Shown one piece after another: positions 48,425 to 58,392 of a stretch of 64,000 nt of DNA. Each line of letters opens with the position of its first letter. Position 1 is the first letter of the stretch. The DNA comes from Candidatus Parcubacteria bacterium (GTDB lineage Bacteria; Patescibacteriota; Patescibacteriia; UBA1558; GWA2-36-10): assembly GCA_018669975.1 (NCBI GenBank), contig JABHSK010000005.1, forward strand, positions 121,132-185,131, written 5' to 3'. A program made the translations under genes and the position numbers. Below the pieces are notes generated by a model that saw only the letters and a program-made list of their open reading frames with translations, was not told the origin of the DNA and did no database searches.

Positions 48425-49836
48425 TGAAGATTTTGTTATTACAACCTATTGTGCCCGTTGAAATTCTTTGGGGAGAATATGTCAAAGGTGAGGGTTTTGT
48501 CCCACCAATTGGCCTGATTTGCATTGGCGGCTATTTGAAAGAAAAAAACTATGAAGTTAAAATAAAGGATTCGCAAGTTGATAAGATGACAGAAGAGGAT
48601 CTAGTTAAATATTTAGAAGAGAATCAGTTTGATGTTATCGGTATACCTACTTTTACTAATTCCGTGTCCTTTTCTTATAATACAGCTAAAATTTGCAAGA
48701 GAGTTTTACCAAATTGTAAAATTATTTTTGGGGGAGTGCATGGCACTATTATGCCAGAGAGGACTTTAAAAGAATGTCCAGAGGCAGATTTTATTGTTTT
48801 ACGTGAAGGAGAATATAGGTTAGAGGCCCTATTAAAATATTTTAAAGGTGAGATAGATGATTTAAAAGCGATAGAAGGAATTGCCTATCGTCAAGATGGT
48901 AAAACCATAGTGCAGCCAGCAGAAAAATTAGTAGATATAGATGAATTACCATTACCAGCTTATGATTTATTGGATATGTCTAAGTATGTTCCTCACCCAA
49001 CTCAATATAAAGTGTTACCTAATTATCCTTTAGTCATTCAAAGGGGTTGTCCCTATAACTGTGCTTTTTGTGATGCTTGGGCTGTGCATGGGCGTCAAAT
49101 ACGTCATCGTTCAGTAGATAATGTTATGAAAGAATTAACATTGCTTAAGGAAAAATATAATGCCAAAGGAGTCTATTTTCAAGACAGTACTTTTTTGATA
49201 AACAAAGTTTACATCAAAGAACTTCTAAATAGGATGATAGACGAAAAGCTAAATTTAACTTGGGCTTGTAACACCAGAGTTAATACAGTAGATAGAGAAA
49301 TTCTAGATTTAATGAAAAAAGCTGGTTGTTGGATGGTGGTCTATGGTATTGAATCTGGTAATCAAAAGTCGCTTGATCTAATGCGTAAACGAGTGACAGT
49401 AGAGCAAAATGAAGAGGCTGTTAGGATAACAGAGGATGCTGGTCTAGTAGCTTGCTGCTCTTATATTTTAGCTTTACCCGGTGAAGATTATGATGATGCA
49501 ATGAATACTATTAATTTTTCACTTAAGCTAAAAGGAACTGTTGGTATGTTTTATTTACCAGTTCCTTATCCAGGTACAGACTTGATTGATATTTGCAAAG
49601 AGCATGGTGGTTTACGAGAAGATGTTAAGTGGGAAGATTATAGTGCAGTAGACTTTTCTAATCCAGTTTACATTAATCCATTAATTGGTAAAGAGAAAAT
49701 GCAAAAGCTATTAGGTTTGGCTATGAGGAAGTATTATACTAGTCCAATTATTATATGGAAGAATTTAAAAACGATCCAAAATTTTACAGATGTTAAAAGA
49801 TATTTTAAAGCCTTTAGAGCGTTGTTTAATATCTAG
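48424..49836 (+). CDS. B12-binding-domain radical SAM protein
   Basis: CPYNCAFCDAW is the CxxxCxxC motif. An N-terminal B12-binding-like domain is present. Confidence 0.8.
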   Translation: MKILLLQPIVPVEILWGEYVKGEGFVPPIGLICIGGYLKEKNYEVKIKDSQVDKMTEEDLVKYLEENQFDVIGIPTFTNSVSFSYNTAKICKRVLPNCKIIFGGVHGTIMPERTLKECPEADFIVLREGEYRLEALLKYFKGEIDDLKAIEGIAYRQDGKTIVQPAEKLVDIDELPLPAYDLLDMSKYVPHPTQYKVLPNYPLVIQRGCPYNCAFCDAWAVHGRQIRHRSVDNVMKELTLLKEKYNAKGVYFQDSTFLINKVYIKELLNRMIDEKLNLTWACNTRVNTVDREILDLMKKAGCWMVVYGIESGNQKSLDLMRKRVTVEQNEEAVRITEDAGLVACCSYILALPGEDYDDAMNTINFSLKLKGTVGMFYLPVPYPGTDLIDICKEHGGLREDVKWEDYSAVDFSNPVYINPLIGKEKMQKLLGLAMRKYYTSPIIIWKNLKTIQNFTDVKRYFKAFRALFNI

Positions 49837-49897
49837 AATATTGATAAAAATAGAATTTTGTGTTCTAATAAGGACTACATAACGTTAAAATTTACTA

Positions 49898-50995
49898 ATG
49901 AAATTCCTATTCATAGCACCCAGATATCACATGAATTTGCACTATCGGCTGCAAGCTTTAACCAAAAACAGCCAAAAAGTGCATTTTTTAGCTATGTATA
50001 GGGGAAAATCAGAGGATTATAGTATTGTTGAACCGGAGATTTTAGGCTATTCTTGGTGCTTTAAAGTAATCAATAAATTATTTAATAAAAACAAAGGCCG
50101 TTTGATGAAAAACGATTTTGAGCTTCGTTATAGTCATCCAGGTTTTTTTAAATTATTCTGGAAGATCAAGCAAGCTAAGGCCGATGTTTTAGTGATTAAA
50201 AATATCCAAAGTATTATGTCTATTTTTGCTTTGGTGATTGGTCGTTTGATGAGAAAGAAAATTATTGTTTTGTTGCAGATAGATAAATATCGACCAAAAG
50301 CGAAGAGTTACTCTATTGATATGGTTGGAAAATTATTTGGTGCTAAGGTAGTTACACCTAGGTTAGGTGATAGACAATATAAAAATAAAAATAGGAATTT
50401 GTTTTATATTCCTTTTGCAGTTAATACAGATGATTTTAATAAAAGTTATTTTGTTGGAGATAAAATAAACATAATGTCTATTGGTAAATTACAAGAGAGA
50501 AAGGGGCATTTAGTTTTGGCGCAAGCCATTAATGTTTTAAAAAATAAATTTGATTTCAAGGTGACCATTATTGGTGAGGAAGATGAAGATGTTTATACTA
50601 GGCAATTGATGGATTATATTAAGGAGAATAATTTATCAGGTATTATTGATATAAAATTGAATTTATCACATCAACGAGTGACGGAAGAATACAAAAAGCA
50701 AGATTTATATATTTTACCTAGTTGGAGTGAGGCTGCTTCTATTACCATTGCGGAAGGCATGAGTTTTAAACTGCCAGTGATAAGTTCAGATGATAATGGT
50801 ACGCAGTGTTATGTAGAAGATGGGGTTAATGGTTATATATTTAAAAATAGAAACACAGATGATTTGATAGCTAAAATTGAAGCTATTGTAAGCGATAAGG
50901 ATAATTTACAGAAAATGGGTCAGGCTAGTTTTGATATAGCTAAAAGTAATCACAGTTTGGATAAGTTTTATGAAAGTTTTATGAAATTGATATGA
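49898..50995 (+). CDS. Glycosyltransferase family 4
   Basis: …SWSEAASITIAEGMSFKLPVISSD… is a GT-B motif. Confidence 0.7.
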   Translation: MKFLFIAPRYHMNLHYRLQALTKNSQKVHFLAMYRGKSEDYSIVEPEILGYSWCFKVINKLFNKNKGRLMKNDFELRYSHPGFFKLFWKIKQAKADVLVIKNIQSIMSIFALVIGRLMRKKIIVLLQIDKYRPKAKSYSIDMVGKLFGAKVVTPRLGDRQYKNKNRNLFYIPFAVNTDDFNKSYFVGDKINIMSIGKLQERKGHLVLAQAINVLKNKFDFKVTIIGEEDEDVYTRQLMDYIKENNLSGIIDIKLNLSHQRVTEEYKKQDLYILPSWSEAASITIAEGMSFKLPVISSDDNGTQCYVEDGVNGYIFKNRNTDDLIAKIEAIVSDKDNLQKMGQASFDIAKSNHSLDKFYESFMKLI

Positions 50996-51903
50996 GCCTA
51001 GGTTTTAGTAAAAAATTAATAGATTCTTTGGTTTGTCAGCAAGACGGAGCTCCTCTGGTGGTTCTTGAGATTCAGCAAGAAAATGAGTTTGTTATTTTTT
51101 CTGCTAAGCTAAAATGTCAGCAGTGTGATAAAATTTATAATATACAGCAAGGCATTTTAAATTGTTTGCTTGAACAGGGAAAAATGAAACAGTTAATGCA
51201 AGATGAGGTAGAGGCTCGTGATAAAGAGGCAGAACAATATGATCAAAGATTGTCGGTCAGATACCATAAAGAAATTCCATCTACCATGAAAACAATCGGC
51301 AACTTGTCAGGGCGTAAAGTGTTAGAATATGGTTGTGGTACGGGTAGGCTAACGACAGTAATAGCACCAGAGTGCAGAGCTGTTTTAGCTACTGATTTTT
51401 CGCTAATTTCATTGCAAATATTAGCTAAAAAGTTAGATAATTATAAAAACGTTGGTTTGGTGTTGTCTAATGCTGTGCAATTCAAAGCTAAATCAAAATA
51501 TTTTGATTTAGCCACTTCTTTTCAGTTTTTAGAACATGTGCCAAGCAAAGAGCAAAGACTGACCTGGTTAGGTCTAGTTAAGAAAACACTTAAGAGTTCC
51601 GGAGAATTTGTTAGCACTGTTTATCATTATGACTGGAGAAAACAAAAAGATAATCAAAATCGAGAAGGGAAACACGGTTCAGGTATATTTTTTCACTATT
51701 TTACCCAAGAAGAGTTAGCTAATGAAGTAACAGGATATTTTCAAGTACAAGATTTACACCCGATAGATATTACCTTGCCGTTAGAAGCCAAATTAAAATT
51801 ACCAGCAAAAATCGCTGGTCAACTATCAAGGGTTTTTGAAAAAATATCAATAGCTAATAAGTTTGGGCACCTCTTGATTGTTAAAGCAATAAAAAATAAA
51901 TGA
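50992..51903 (+). CDS. SAM-dependent methyltransferase with an N-terminal Trm112-like zinc-ribbon domain
   Basis: Cys-containing N-terminal region LVCQQDG…CQQCDK…ILNCL, then motif I (VLEYGCGTGRL). Confidence 0.6.
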   Translation: MSLGFSKKLIDSLVCQQDGAPLVVLEIQQENEFVIFSAKLKCQQCDKIYNIQQGILNCLLEQGKMKQLMQDEVEARDKEAEQYDQRLSVRYHKEIPSTMKTIGNLSGRKVLEYGCGTGRLTTVIAPECRAVLATDFSLISLQILAKKLDNYKNVGLVLSNAVQFKAKSKYFDLATSFQFLEHVPSKEQRLTWLGLVKKTLKSSGEFVSTVYHYDWRKQKDNQNREGKHGSGIFFHYFTQEELANEVTGYFQVQDLHPIDITLPLEAKLKLPAKIAGQLSRVFEKISIANKFGHLLIVKAIKNK

Positions 51904-52652
51904 ATCAATCAAAAGAAGAAATAAAACAATATTCCTACGGATTTATATTTCCTTTTCTATTAAAGAAATATTGGTTTTGGTTTACCAGGCCTCTTGATGT
52001 AGCTGGAGCCGCCATGGTCAATTTCTTTTCTTATGAAAAATATGATATTCCAGGGTTCAAACGTACAGATGGTTTAACTACAGTGATAGACCTGAATCAG
52101 GGTTTGGAAGAAATTTGGTTAGAAACTAGGAAGAAATTTATTAGAAAACAAATTAAGAGAGGCGAACGCAATGGGATTTTAGTTAAACAGGATCCTAATT
52201 TTGGAGAGTTTAAAAAAATATACGAAGTTTTTAGAAAGAATAGCCAATTACCAAGGGATAATATTAGTGTTTACAAAAAAAATACTATTTTATTGGCAGC
52301 TTACCATCAAGGAAAAATGATTGCTGGTGGAATTTTTATTTCCAACGGTATTTATTATCGTGCTTTGGTTTTAGCTTCTTTGCATAAGGTCAGCGGTAAT
52401 CGTAGCCGAGAAATAATTGGGCAAGCTAACCGTATGATTATTTGGGAGGCTATTAAAAATGCTAAACAAACAAAACATAAGCTTTTTGATTTAGGGGGGA
52501 TTTCTCCTGACTCCAGTAACAAACACCTAGTTTCTTTAGCGGAATTCAAAGAAGCCTTTGGTGGTCAACGCCAAGCCTGTTATTATTATTTTAAAATTTA
52601 TTCTCCTTTGATAAAAATGTGGATGAGGTTTAGGGGATTTAAAAATATTTAG
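51900..52652 (+). CDS. GNAT/FemAB-like acyl-/aminoacyl-transferase domain protein (weak)
   Basis: Weak resemblance to FemAB/GNAT-fold proteins (…LFDLGGISP…AEFKEAFGG…). Confidence 0.3.
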   Translation: MNQSKEEIKQYSYGFIFPFLLKKYWFWFTRPLDVAGAAMVNFFSYEKYDIPGFKRTDGLTTVIDLNQGLEEIWLETRKKFIRKQIKRGERNGILVKQDPNFGEFKKIYEVFRKNSQLPRDNISVYKKNTILLAAYHQGKMIAGGIFISNGIYYRALVLASLHKVSGNRSREIIGQANRMIIWEAIKNAKQTKHKLFDLGGISPDSSNKHLVSLAEFKEAFGGQRQACYYYFKIYSPLIKMWMRFRGFKNI

Positions 52653-52655
52653 TTT

Positions 52656-53633
52656 ATGAAATTTATTATTACCGTAGATACAGAGGCTGACAATGAGTGG
52701 CAGCGCTTAGATAAAATTAAAGTAGAAAATATTAAGTTTCTACCTCGTTTTCAAGCACTGTGCGAAAAATATGAGTTTAAACCTACTTATTTATTGACCT
52801 ATGATGTAGCGAGCGACAAGGAGTCTGTGTCAATTTTAAAGCCTTGGCAAGACAGCGGACAGGCTGAAATAGGGGCTCATTTGCATCCCTGGTCTAATCC
52901 ACCGATGACCAAAGAAAGGAGTTGGGAGACGAAACATCACCGATTTCCGCATGATTTAAGTGAGGATGAATTAAAGTCTAAAATGGAGACCTTGACTAAC
53001 GTCATTAAAGATAATTTTCAAATTATGCCTAAAAGTTTTCGAGCTGGACGTTGGGGCTTTGATAAGCGGGTAGCTAAAGAGATTACCCGATTAAATTATT
53101 TAGTTGATTGTTCAATCACACCCAAGATAGATTGGACTAGAACCAAAGGGGATCCAAATGGTCAGGGTGGAAAAAATTTCAAGCATTATCAGGTGGCACC
53201 ATATTTTTTAGATATTGATAATATTTCTAAGGTGGGTAAAAATAATTTATTAGAAGTGCCAATGACTGTTTTATTTACCTTGCTTTTTAAAAAGGAAGAT
53301 ACATCATTGAGTAATTTTTTTCTAGGTTTACCAGATAGTTTTTTCAAGAAAGTAATTAACAAATTATTTTTTGGACAAAAATGGTTGAGGGTTTTTCCTA
53401 ATTCCAAAATGAAAGATTGGCAAAGAATTTATGAGTCTGCCAAGAAAAATAATTTACCAGTGATGGAATTCATGATTCATTCTAGTGAATTAATGCCAGG
53501 TGGTAGTCCCTATGCCAAAGATCATCAGTCGGTCGAGTTTGTTTATCAGCAAATAGAGGATTTGTTCAAATTTTTGAAGAAGCAGGGCTTACAGGGGAGA
53601 ACCTTAAGTGAATTTTATTATGATTTTAAATAA
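52656..53633 (+). CDS. Putative polysaccharide deacetylase-like (divergent CE4-type) protein (weak)
   Basis: The N-terminal FIITVDTEAD resembles the NodB motif TFDDG. Low confidence. Confidence 0.3.
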   Translation: MKFIITVDTEADNEWQRLDKIKVENIKFLPRFQALCEKYEFKPTYLLTYDVASDKESVSILKPWQDSGQAEIGAHLHPWSNPPMTKERSWETKHHRFPHDLSEDELKSKMETLTNVIKDNFQIMPKSFRAGRWGFDKRVAKEITRLNYLVDCSITPKIDWTRTKGDPNGQGGKNFKHYQVAPYFLDIDNISKVGKNNLLEVPMTVLFTLLFKKEDTSLSNFFLGLPDSFFKKVINKLFFGQKWLRVFPNSKMKDWQRIYESAKKNNLPVMEFMIHSSELMPGGSPYAKDHQSVEFVYQQIEDLFKFLKKQGLQGRTLSEFYYDFK

Positions 53634-54309
53634 TATGAGAGACAAACTTAGAAAATTTATCAAAGACAATAGAGGGATTAGTAAATTTTTGTTAGCTAAG
53701 TTTATCAAATTGCATAATTATTCTTACCATAAAATTTCTGAGTATGCAGGCTACCTTAATAACGATATTCATCCCAAACATGACATTATAAAATACCACC
53801 AATTTTATGTAGATAATTTGTCAGCTGATGATATTGTATTAGATCTTGGTTGTGGTAATGGATTCCTAAGTTACGACATGGCTAAGAAAGCCAAGGAAGT
53901 TGTTGGTATTGAGATTAAGGATTATAATATTAAATATGCTAAAGAACATTATCAGCGTGATAATTTAAAATTTATAGTTGCTGATGCTACAGAGTATGAG
54001 TGGCAAAAAAAGTTTGATAAAATTGCCCTGTCTAATGTTTTAGAGCATATAGAGGATAGAATTACTTTTCTTAAGAAAATAAAAAAGATTAGTGATACTA
54101 TTATATTACGGGTACCGATGATAAATAGGGAGTGGTTAGCTGTTTATAAAAAAGAGAATGGCTTTGAATACAAATTAGATAATACACATTATATAGAGTA
54201 TACTCTAGATTCACTGCAGACTGAGTTAAAACAGGCTGGTTGGCAGATTGAGTCCTATCAAGTTAATTGGGGCGAATTTTGGGGTGTTTTAAAGGTAAAA
54301 AATGACTAA
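53608..54309 (+). CDS. Class I SAM-dependent methyltransferase
   Basis: Motif I is VLDLGCGNGFL. The start is ambiguous (overlaps the upstream gene; internal ATGs exist at about 53620 and 53635). Confidence 0.7.
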   Translation: MNFIMILNNMRDKLRKFIKDNRGISKFLLAKFIKLHNYSYHKISEYAGYLNNDIHPKHDIIKYHQFYVDNLSADDIVLDLGCGNGFLSYDMAKKAKEVVGIEIKDYNIKYAKEHYQRDNLKFIVADATEYEWQKKFDKIALSNVLEHIEDRITFLKKIKKISDTIILRVPMINREWLAVYKKENGFEYKLDNTHYIEYTLDSLQTELKQAGWQIESYQVNWGEFWGVLKVKND

Positions 54310-55411
54310 ACAGAATCGAAAAAAAGTATTATTTTTGGTAAATAGTCTACAAATTGGTGGGGCAGAAAATGCTTTTGTGAAGCAGGCTAATTACTTTTCT
54401 AAACAGGGCATCAAGGTTTATTTTGGTGTTTTGTCTACGAGTAATAAAAAGAATTTTCAAGATCAATTGCAGGTTAAAATTAGAGATTTTGGCTTTCAAG
54501 GCATTTTTGATGTTCAGGCTTATCAAAAATTAAAAGCATATATCAAGAAGCATGATATTGATATTGTTTATTCTACTCTAGACAATGCTAATATTGTTGC
54601 TCGTGTAGCTAAGTTGTTTTGCCCAGGTTTATTTGTAGTTATCAGAGAATCGGGCATGGCCAATAGGAAGTCTTGGAAGATTAAATTGAGCGATCTTATT
54701 TTGAATTTTTTAGCTAACAAGGTAATCGCTGTTTCTAGCCACGTTAAAGATAGCCTCAAGGCTTATCAATTTTTGCATAGTGGACGGATAGTGGTCCTAG
54801 CTAATGGTATAGAGGTTTTTTCTGGTCAAAAAGAGTTAGCATTGAAGTTTGATCAGCACAAAGAGAGCTTTGATATGCTCAATGTTGGCTCTATGAAAAA
54901 TAATAACAAAGGTCAGGGTAACTTGATAAAAATATTACGACAGTTAAGACAGGAGCAGCCAAAGTTAAATATTAGATTAATATTAGTTGGCGATGGCAAG
55001 CTTAGACAAGACTTTCAAGATTTAGTTGAAAAATATAAACTTAATAAATACGTTATTTTTACTGGTATGCTGGATAAAGAAAAATTAAATCATTTTTATT
55101 CTGCAGCTGATATTTTTATTCTTAACTCAAACAATGAAGGTTGTCCAAATGTTGTTTTGGAGGCCATGTCGTTTGGATTACCGGTTATTTCTACTAAAGT
55201 TGGTGGTACTACTGAGATGATTGACGAAGGTGAGTCTGGTTATTTAGTTAATTCCGGAGATCATGATACAATAAAAACTAGAATACTCGATCTGTACAAT
55301 GACAAAGCATTGCGACAAAGTATGGGTCAGCAGTCAATTGATAGGGTGTCTAAACGTTTTTTATTTGATGGACAGATGAAAAAATTAATTAATATTTTAG
55401 GTTTAAAATAA
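54302..55411 (+). CDS. Glycosyltransferase family 4
   Basis: EGCPNVVLEAMSFGLPVISTKVGGTTE motif. Confidence 0.8.
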   Translation: MTKQNRKKVLFLVNSLQIGGAENAFVKQANYFSKQGIKVYFGVLSTSNKKNFQDQLQVKIRDFGFQGIFDVQAYQKLKAYIKKHDIDIVYSTLDNANIVARVAKLFCPGLFVVIRESGMANRKSWKIKLSDLILNFLANKVIAVSSHVKDSLKAYQFLHSGRIVVLANGIEVFSGQKELALKFDQHKESFDMLNVGSMKNNNKGQGNLIKILRQLRQEQPKLNIRLILVGDGKLRQDFQDLVEKYKLNKYVIFTGMLDKEKLNHFYSAADIFILNSNNEGCPNVVLEAMSFGLPVISTKVGGTTEMIDEGESGYLVNSGDHDTIKTRILDLYNDKALRQSMGQQSIDRVSKRFLFDGQMKKLINILGLK

Positions 55412-55412
55412 A

Positions 55413-56201
55413 ATGAATTTTAATGAATTTAGAACTAAGGCTCAAGCGGGCAAAGAAGGTAAGATAAAATCTAGTAGCATCATGTATAGGTGGCAGCGTT
55501 ATCTTTCTATTCGTATTTCATGGCTATTAATAAAAGTATTTCCTAAGATTAGAGCCAATCATGTTTCTTTATTTAATATTTTATTCTTGTTAGCTATATT
55601 TTTATTTAGCTTTTTTGCTTTAAAAGTAGGGGTTATAATGACCGTGTTTATCCAGCTGATTTTACTTAACTTTACTTCTGTATTAGATAAAATCGATGGC
55701 GAAATAGCTCGACATCAAGAGTATTTTACTCAACGTGGAGTTTATTATGATTTAGTTTATCATTTTTTCTATACGTTTGTATTTTATTTTGTAGTTGGTT
55801 TTTATTTCTTTCTTAATACAGCCAATATATTTATTTGGTTGCCGACATTATTTTTAGCTATCATTGCTACCAACCACAAAATGTTAGGTAAACTACGACA
55901 TCATGTGGGTTACAAGGTGTTGTTAGAACATCATGGTCAAATTATTAAAGATTTTGTTCCAGAGAGAGTTAAGCCAAAAAGAAAAGCAAGACTTTGGCGA
56001 GTCTTGGGTTATCTTATTTTTATGATGTATGACTGGACCTGGACTTTTTATTTTTTATTGATTGTTCTGTCTTATTTCCATTTTTCTCTAGCAGCCTTCT
56101 TATTCTTTGTTCACGTCATCGTATCTATAATAATGTTTTTATATCAGATATTGTCTTCTTTTCCAAAAAAAGGTTTATATACTAGAGATGAATTGAATTA
56201 A
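55413..56201 (+). CDS. CDP-alcohol phosphatidyltransferase-family membrane protein
   Basis: DKIDGEIARHQEYFTQRGVYYD fits D-x2-D-G-x2-A-R…G…D. Polytopic. Confidence 0.55.
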   Translation: MNFNEFRTKAQAGKEGKIKSSSIMYRWQRYLSIRISWLLIKVFPKIRANHVSLFNILFLLAIFLFSFFALKVGVIMTVFIQLILLNFTSVLDKIDGEIARHQEYFTQRGVYYDLVYHFFYTFVFYFVVGFYFFLNTANIFIWLPTLFLAIIATNHKMLGKLRHHVGYKVLLEHHGQIIKDFVPERVKPKRKARLWRVLGYLIFMMYDWTWTFYFLLIVLSYFHFSLAAFLFFVHVIVSIIMFLYQILSSFPKKGLYTRDELN

Positions 56202-57454
56202 GAGAAAGCTTTTTTATAGTAAGTGCGGTAGAGAGCGAATAACACAGCCTCTGAAATTATCGTACCAATAATCATTCCCCATAAACCATAAAATTTTAGA
56301 GCTACAAATAATATAACAATTCTAAAGATAGGGCTTATTATTCTAATCGAATAGAGCTCTTTTTGTTTCATTTTAGCTACTAGTACTGTAGATAAAAAAG
56401 TTCTAGGAAAGAATAGTAGAGTTAATACATAGACTTGGGAATATCGTGCAGACTCTATATATTGCGGGAATACAAATTTGTATAGCAATGGTGCCAAGGC
56501 AGCATAAAGTATGATGATAAGGATAACTACTATTTCTAATTTTCTTACCTTTTGTAAAAAAGAATCTTTAATATCTTTTTCGTCTACTTCACTTAGCTTT
56601 GGCAGAGCTAGTGACTTGAGATTCAGCAATACACTTTTGATTTGACTGACTGGTGCGGTAGTAAAAGCATAGATAGCTAATTGAGCAGCACCTAAGTAAT
56701 GGAAAATTAATATTTTATCTACCTGTCCAGCGATAGTCTTCAGTAATTCCATGGCACTTAGATTGAGGCCATAGGAGACTGTTTTAGGATCGTTATCTTT
56801 ATTGAGTGGATGTTTTTTGATATACACCCAAGTAAAGATGAATTGCATGATACTGTCAGGGATCAGAAAGGCTGCTAGTATAAAGAATATGTTATCAGTA
56901 AAAAATAGTGTGCTCAGCATAACGAGGCTGGCAACGATGCGTACCAGGCTATTGTAGGTAGCAGATAGCTTAAAGTCTTTACGACCGTTTAAAACAGCTA
57001 TATATAGGCCAGAAGCCCTTAGTAATGGCAGGAAAACAGCTACCATTACAAAAGATATGGTTAATGTTAGATTAGCACCCATATAATAATAAGATGCAAT
57101 ACCTAAACTACCTAAACTGGCCAATAGGGACCAGCGTAGTTTAGCTACGAAACTAGGCCAATAAACAGCCTCATATTTCCTAGCTACAGCTTGAATAACA
57201 GCCGTATTGATGCCACTCAAGGTAAAAACATTCAACACACCCACCAAAGATAATACGTATCTATAGGTACCGTAGGTTTCTTTAGGGAGTAGATTAGCAA
57301 AAGCGATGGCTAATAAAAAAGCAGCCCCAGAAGAAATAAATTGTCCTAGAGTCAACCAAAAACCACCCTTGGCTAGATAGACCATGTCGGTCTTTGTGTA
57401 TTCCTCACTTTTACGTAGCAAGTGATAAATTTTGTTTTGTAGTTTATCAAGCAT
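56198..57454 (-). CDS. Polysaccharide biosynthesis protein / Wzx-type oligosaccharide flippase (MOP superfamily)
   Basis: About 12-14 TM helices with the typical size (418 aa) and composition, in a glycan-locus context. Confidence 0.65.
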   Translation of the reverse strand: MLDKLQNKIYHLLRKSEEYTKTDMVYLAKGGFWLTLGQFISSGAAFLLAIAFANLLPKETYGTYRYVLSLVGVLNVFTLSGINTAVIQAVARKYEAVYWPSFVAKLRWSLLASLGSLGIASYYYMGANLTLTISFVMVAVFLPLLRASGLYIAVLNGRKDFKLSATYNSLVRIVASLVMLSTLFFTDNIFFILAAFLIPDSIMQFIFTWVYIKKHPLNKDNDPKTVSYGLNLSAMELLKTIAGQVDKILIFHYLGAAQLAIYAFTTAPVSQIKSVLLNLKSLALPKLSEVDEKDIKDSFLQKVRKLEIVVILIIILYAALAPLLYKFVFPQYIESARYSQVYVLTLLFFPRTFLSTVLVAKMKQKELYSIRIISPIFRIVILFVALKFYGLWGMIIGTIISEAVLFALYRTYYKKAFS

Positions 57455-58391
57455 TATCTTTTATCCAAGTGATTGTTTGTCGAAGTCCTCCCTCAAAATC
57501 TATACCTGGTTGGTATCCTAATAATTCAGTAGCTTTACTGATATCGGCTAGTGAGTGTTTAATGTCACCTTGTCGTGGTTCAGAAAATTTGCTAGTGATA
57601 TTTTTTCCTAAAATTTTATTAATAGTAGCTACTAATTCATTTAGCGTATATGCTTTACCACAGGCAATATTAATAGCTTCGCCATGTCCAGCTTTATCAG
57701 AATGCATAGCTAGGATATTAGCTTCAACATTATTTTTTACAAAAGTAAAATCACGACTGTGTTCACCGTCACCAAAAATAGTTGGTGATTCATCTTTTAG
57801 TATAGCTTTTATAAAGAGAGGAATGACAGCAGCATAATCTGATTGCGGATCTTGATTTGGACCAAAGACATTAAAGTATCTTAGGGAGACTGTTTCTAAT
57901 CCGTATAGATTGTAAAATACCTTGCAATAATATTCACCCATCAGTTTGGCGATTGCATAAGGAGAAAGTGGATCATTTTGTAAATCTTCTGATTTATATT
58001 CTTCTTTAGCATCACCATAGACTGATGATGATGAAGCATAGACGACTCTTTTGACTTTAGCATCTCTGGCAGCCTGTAAAATATTTAATATGCCAGTAGC
58101 ATTATTAAAGTGGCTATCCATTGGGGATTCAATTGATCTAGGTACTGACGGCAGAGCTGCTTGATGCAATACAAAATCTACATCAGCAAATTCTTGTTGT
58201 AGTAGTTTAGTGTCATTAATGTCGCCCTCAATAAACTTTATTTTATCTTTGATGGAATCTAGATTGATCAAGCGTCCAGTGCTGAGGTTGTCTAGCACCT
58301 TGACGTTATAGTCTCTGGCCAGTAATTCGCTGGCGATATTAGACCCAATAAAACCGGCACCACCGGTTATTAATACAGTTTGTTTAGCCAT
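57447..58391 (-). CDS. NAD-dependent epimerase/dehydratase (UDP-hexose 4-epimerase-like)
   Basis: The Rossmann motif is VLITGGAGFIGSNI. YAIAK supplies YxxxK. Confidence 0.85.
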   Translation of the reverse strand: MAKQTVLITGGAGFIGSNIASELLARDYNVKVLDNLSTGRLINLDSIKDKIKFIEGDINDTKLLQQEFADVDFVLHQAALPSVPRSIESPMDSHFNNATGILNILQAARDAKVKRVVYASSSSVYGDAKEEYKSEDLQNDPLSPYAIAKLMGEYYCKVFYNLYGLETVSLRYFNVFGPNQDPQSDYAAVIPLFIKAILKDESPTIFGDGEHSRDFTFVKNNVEANILAMHSDKAGHGEAINIACGKAYTLNELVATINKILGKNITSKFSEPRQGDIKHSLADISKATELLGYQPGIDFEGGLRQTITWIKDNA

Positions 58392-58392
58392 T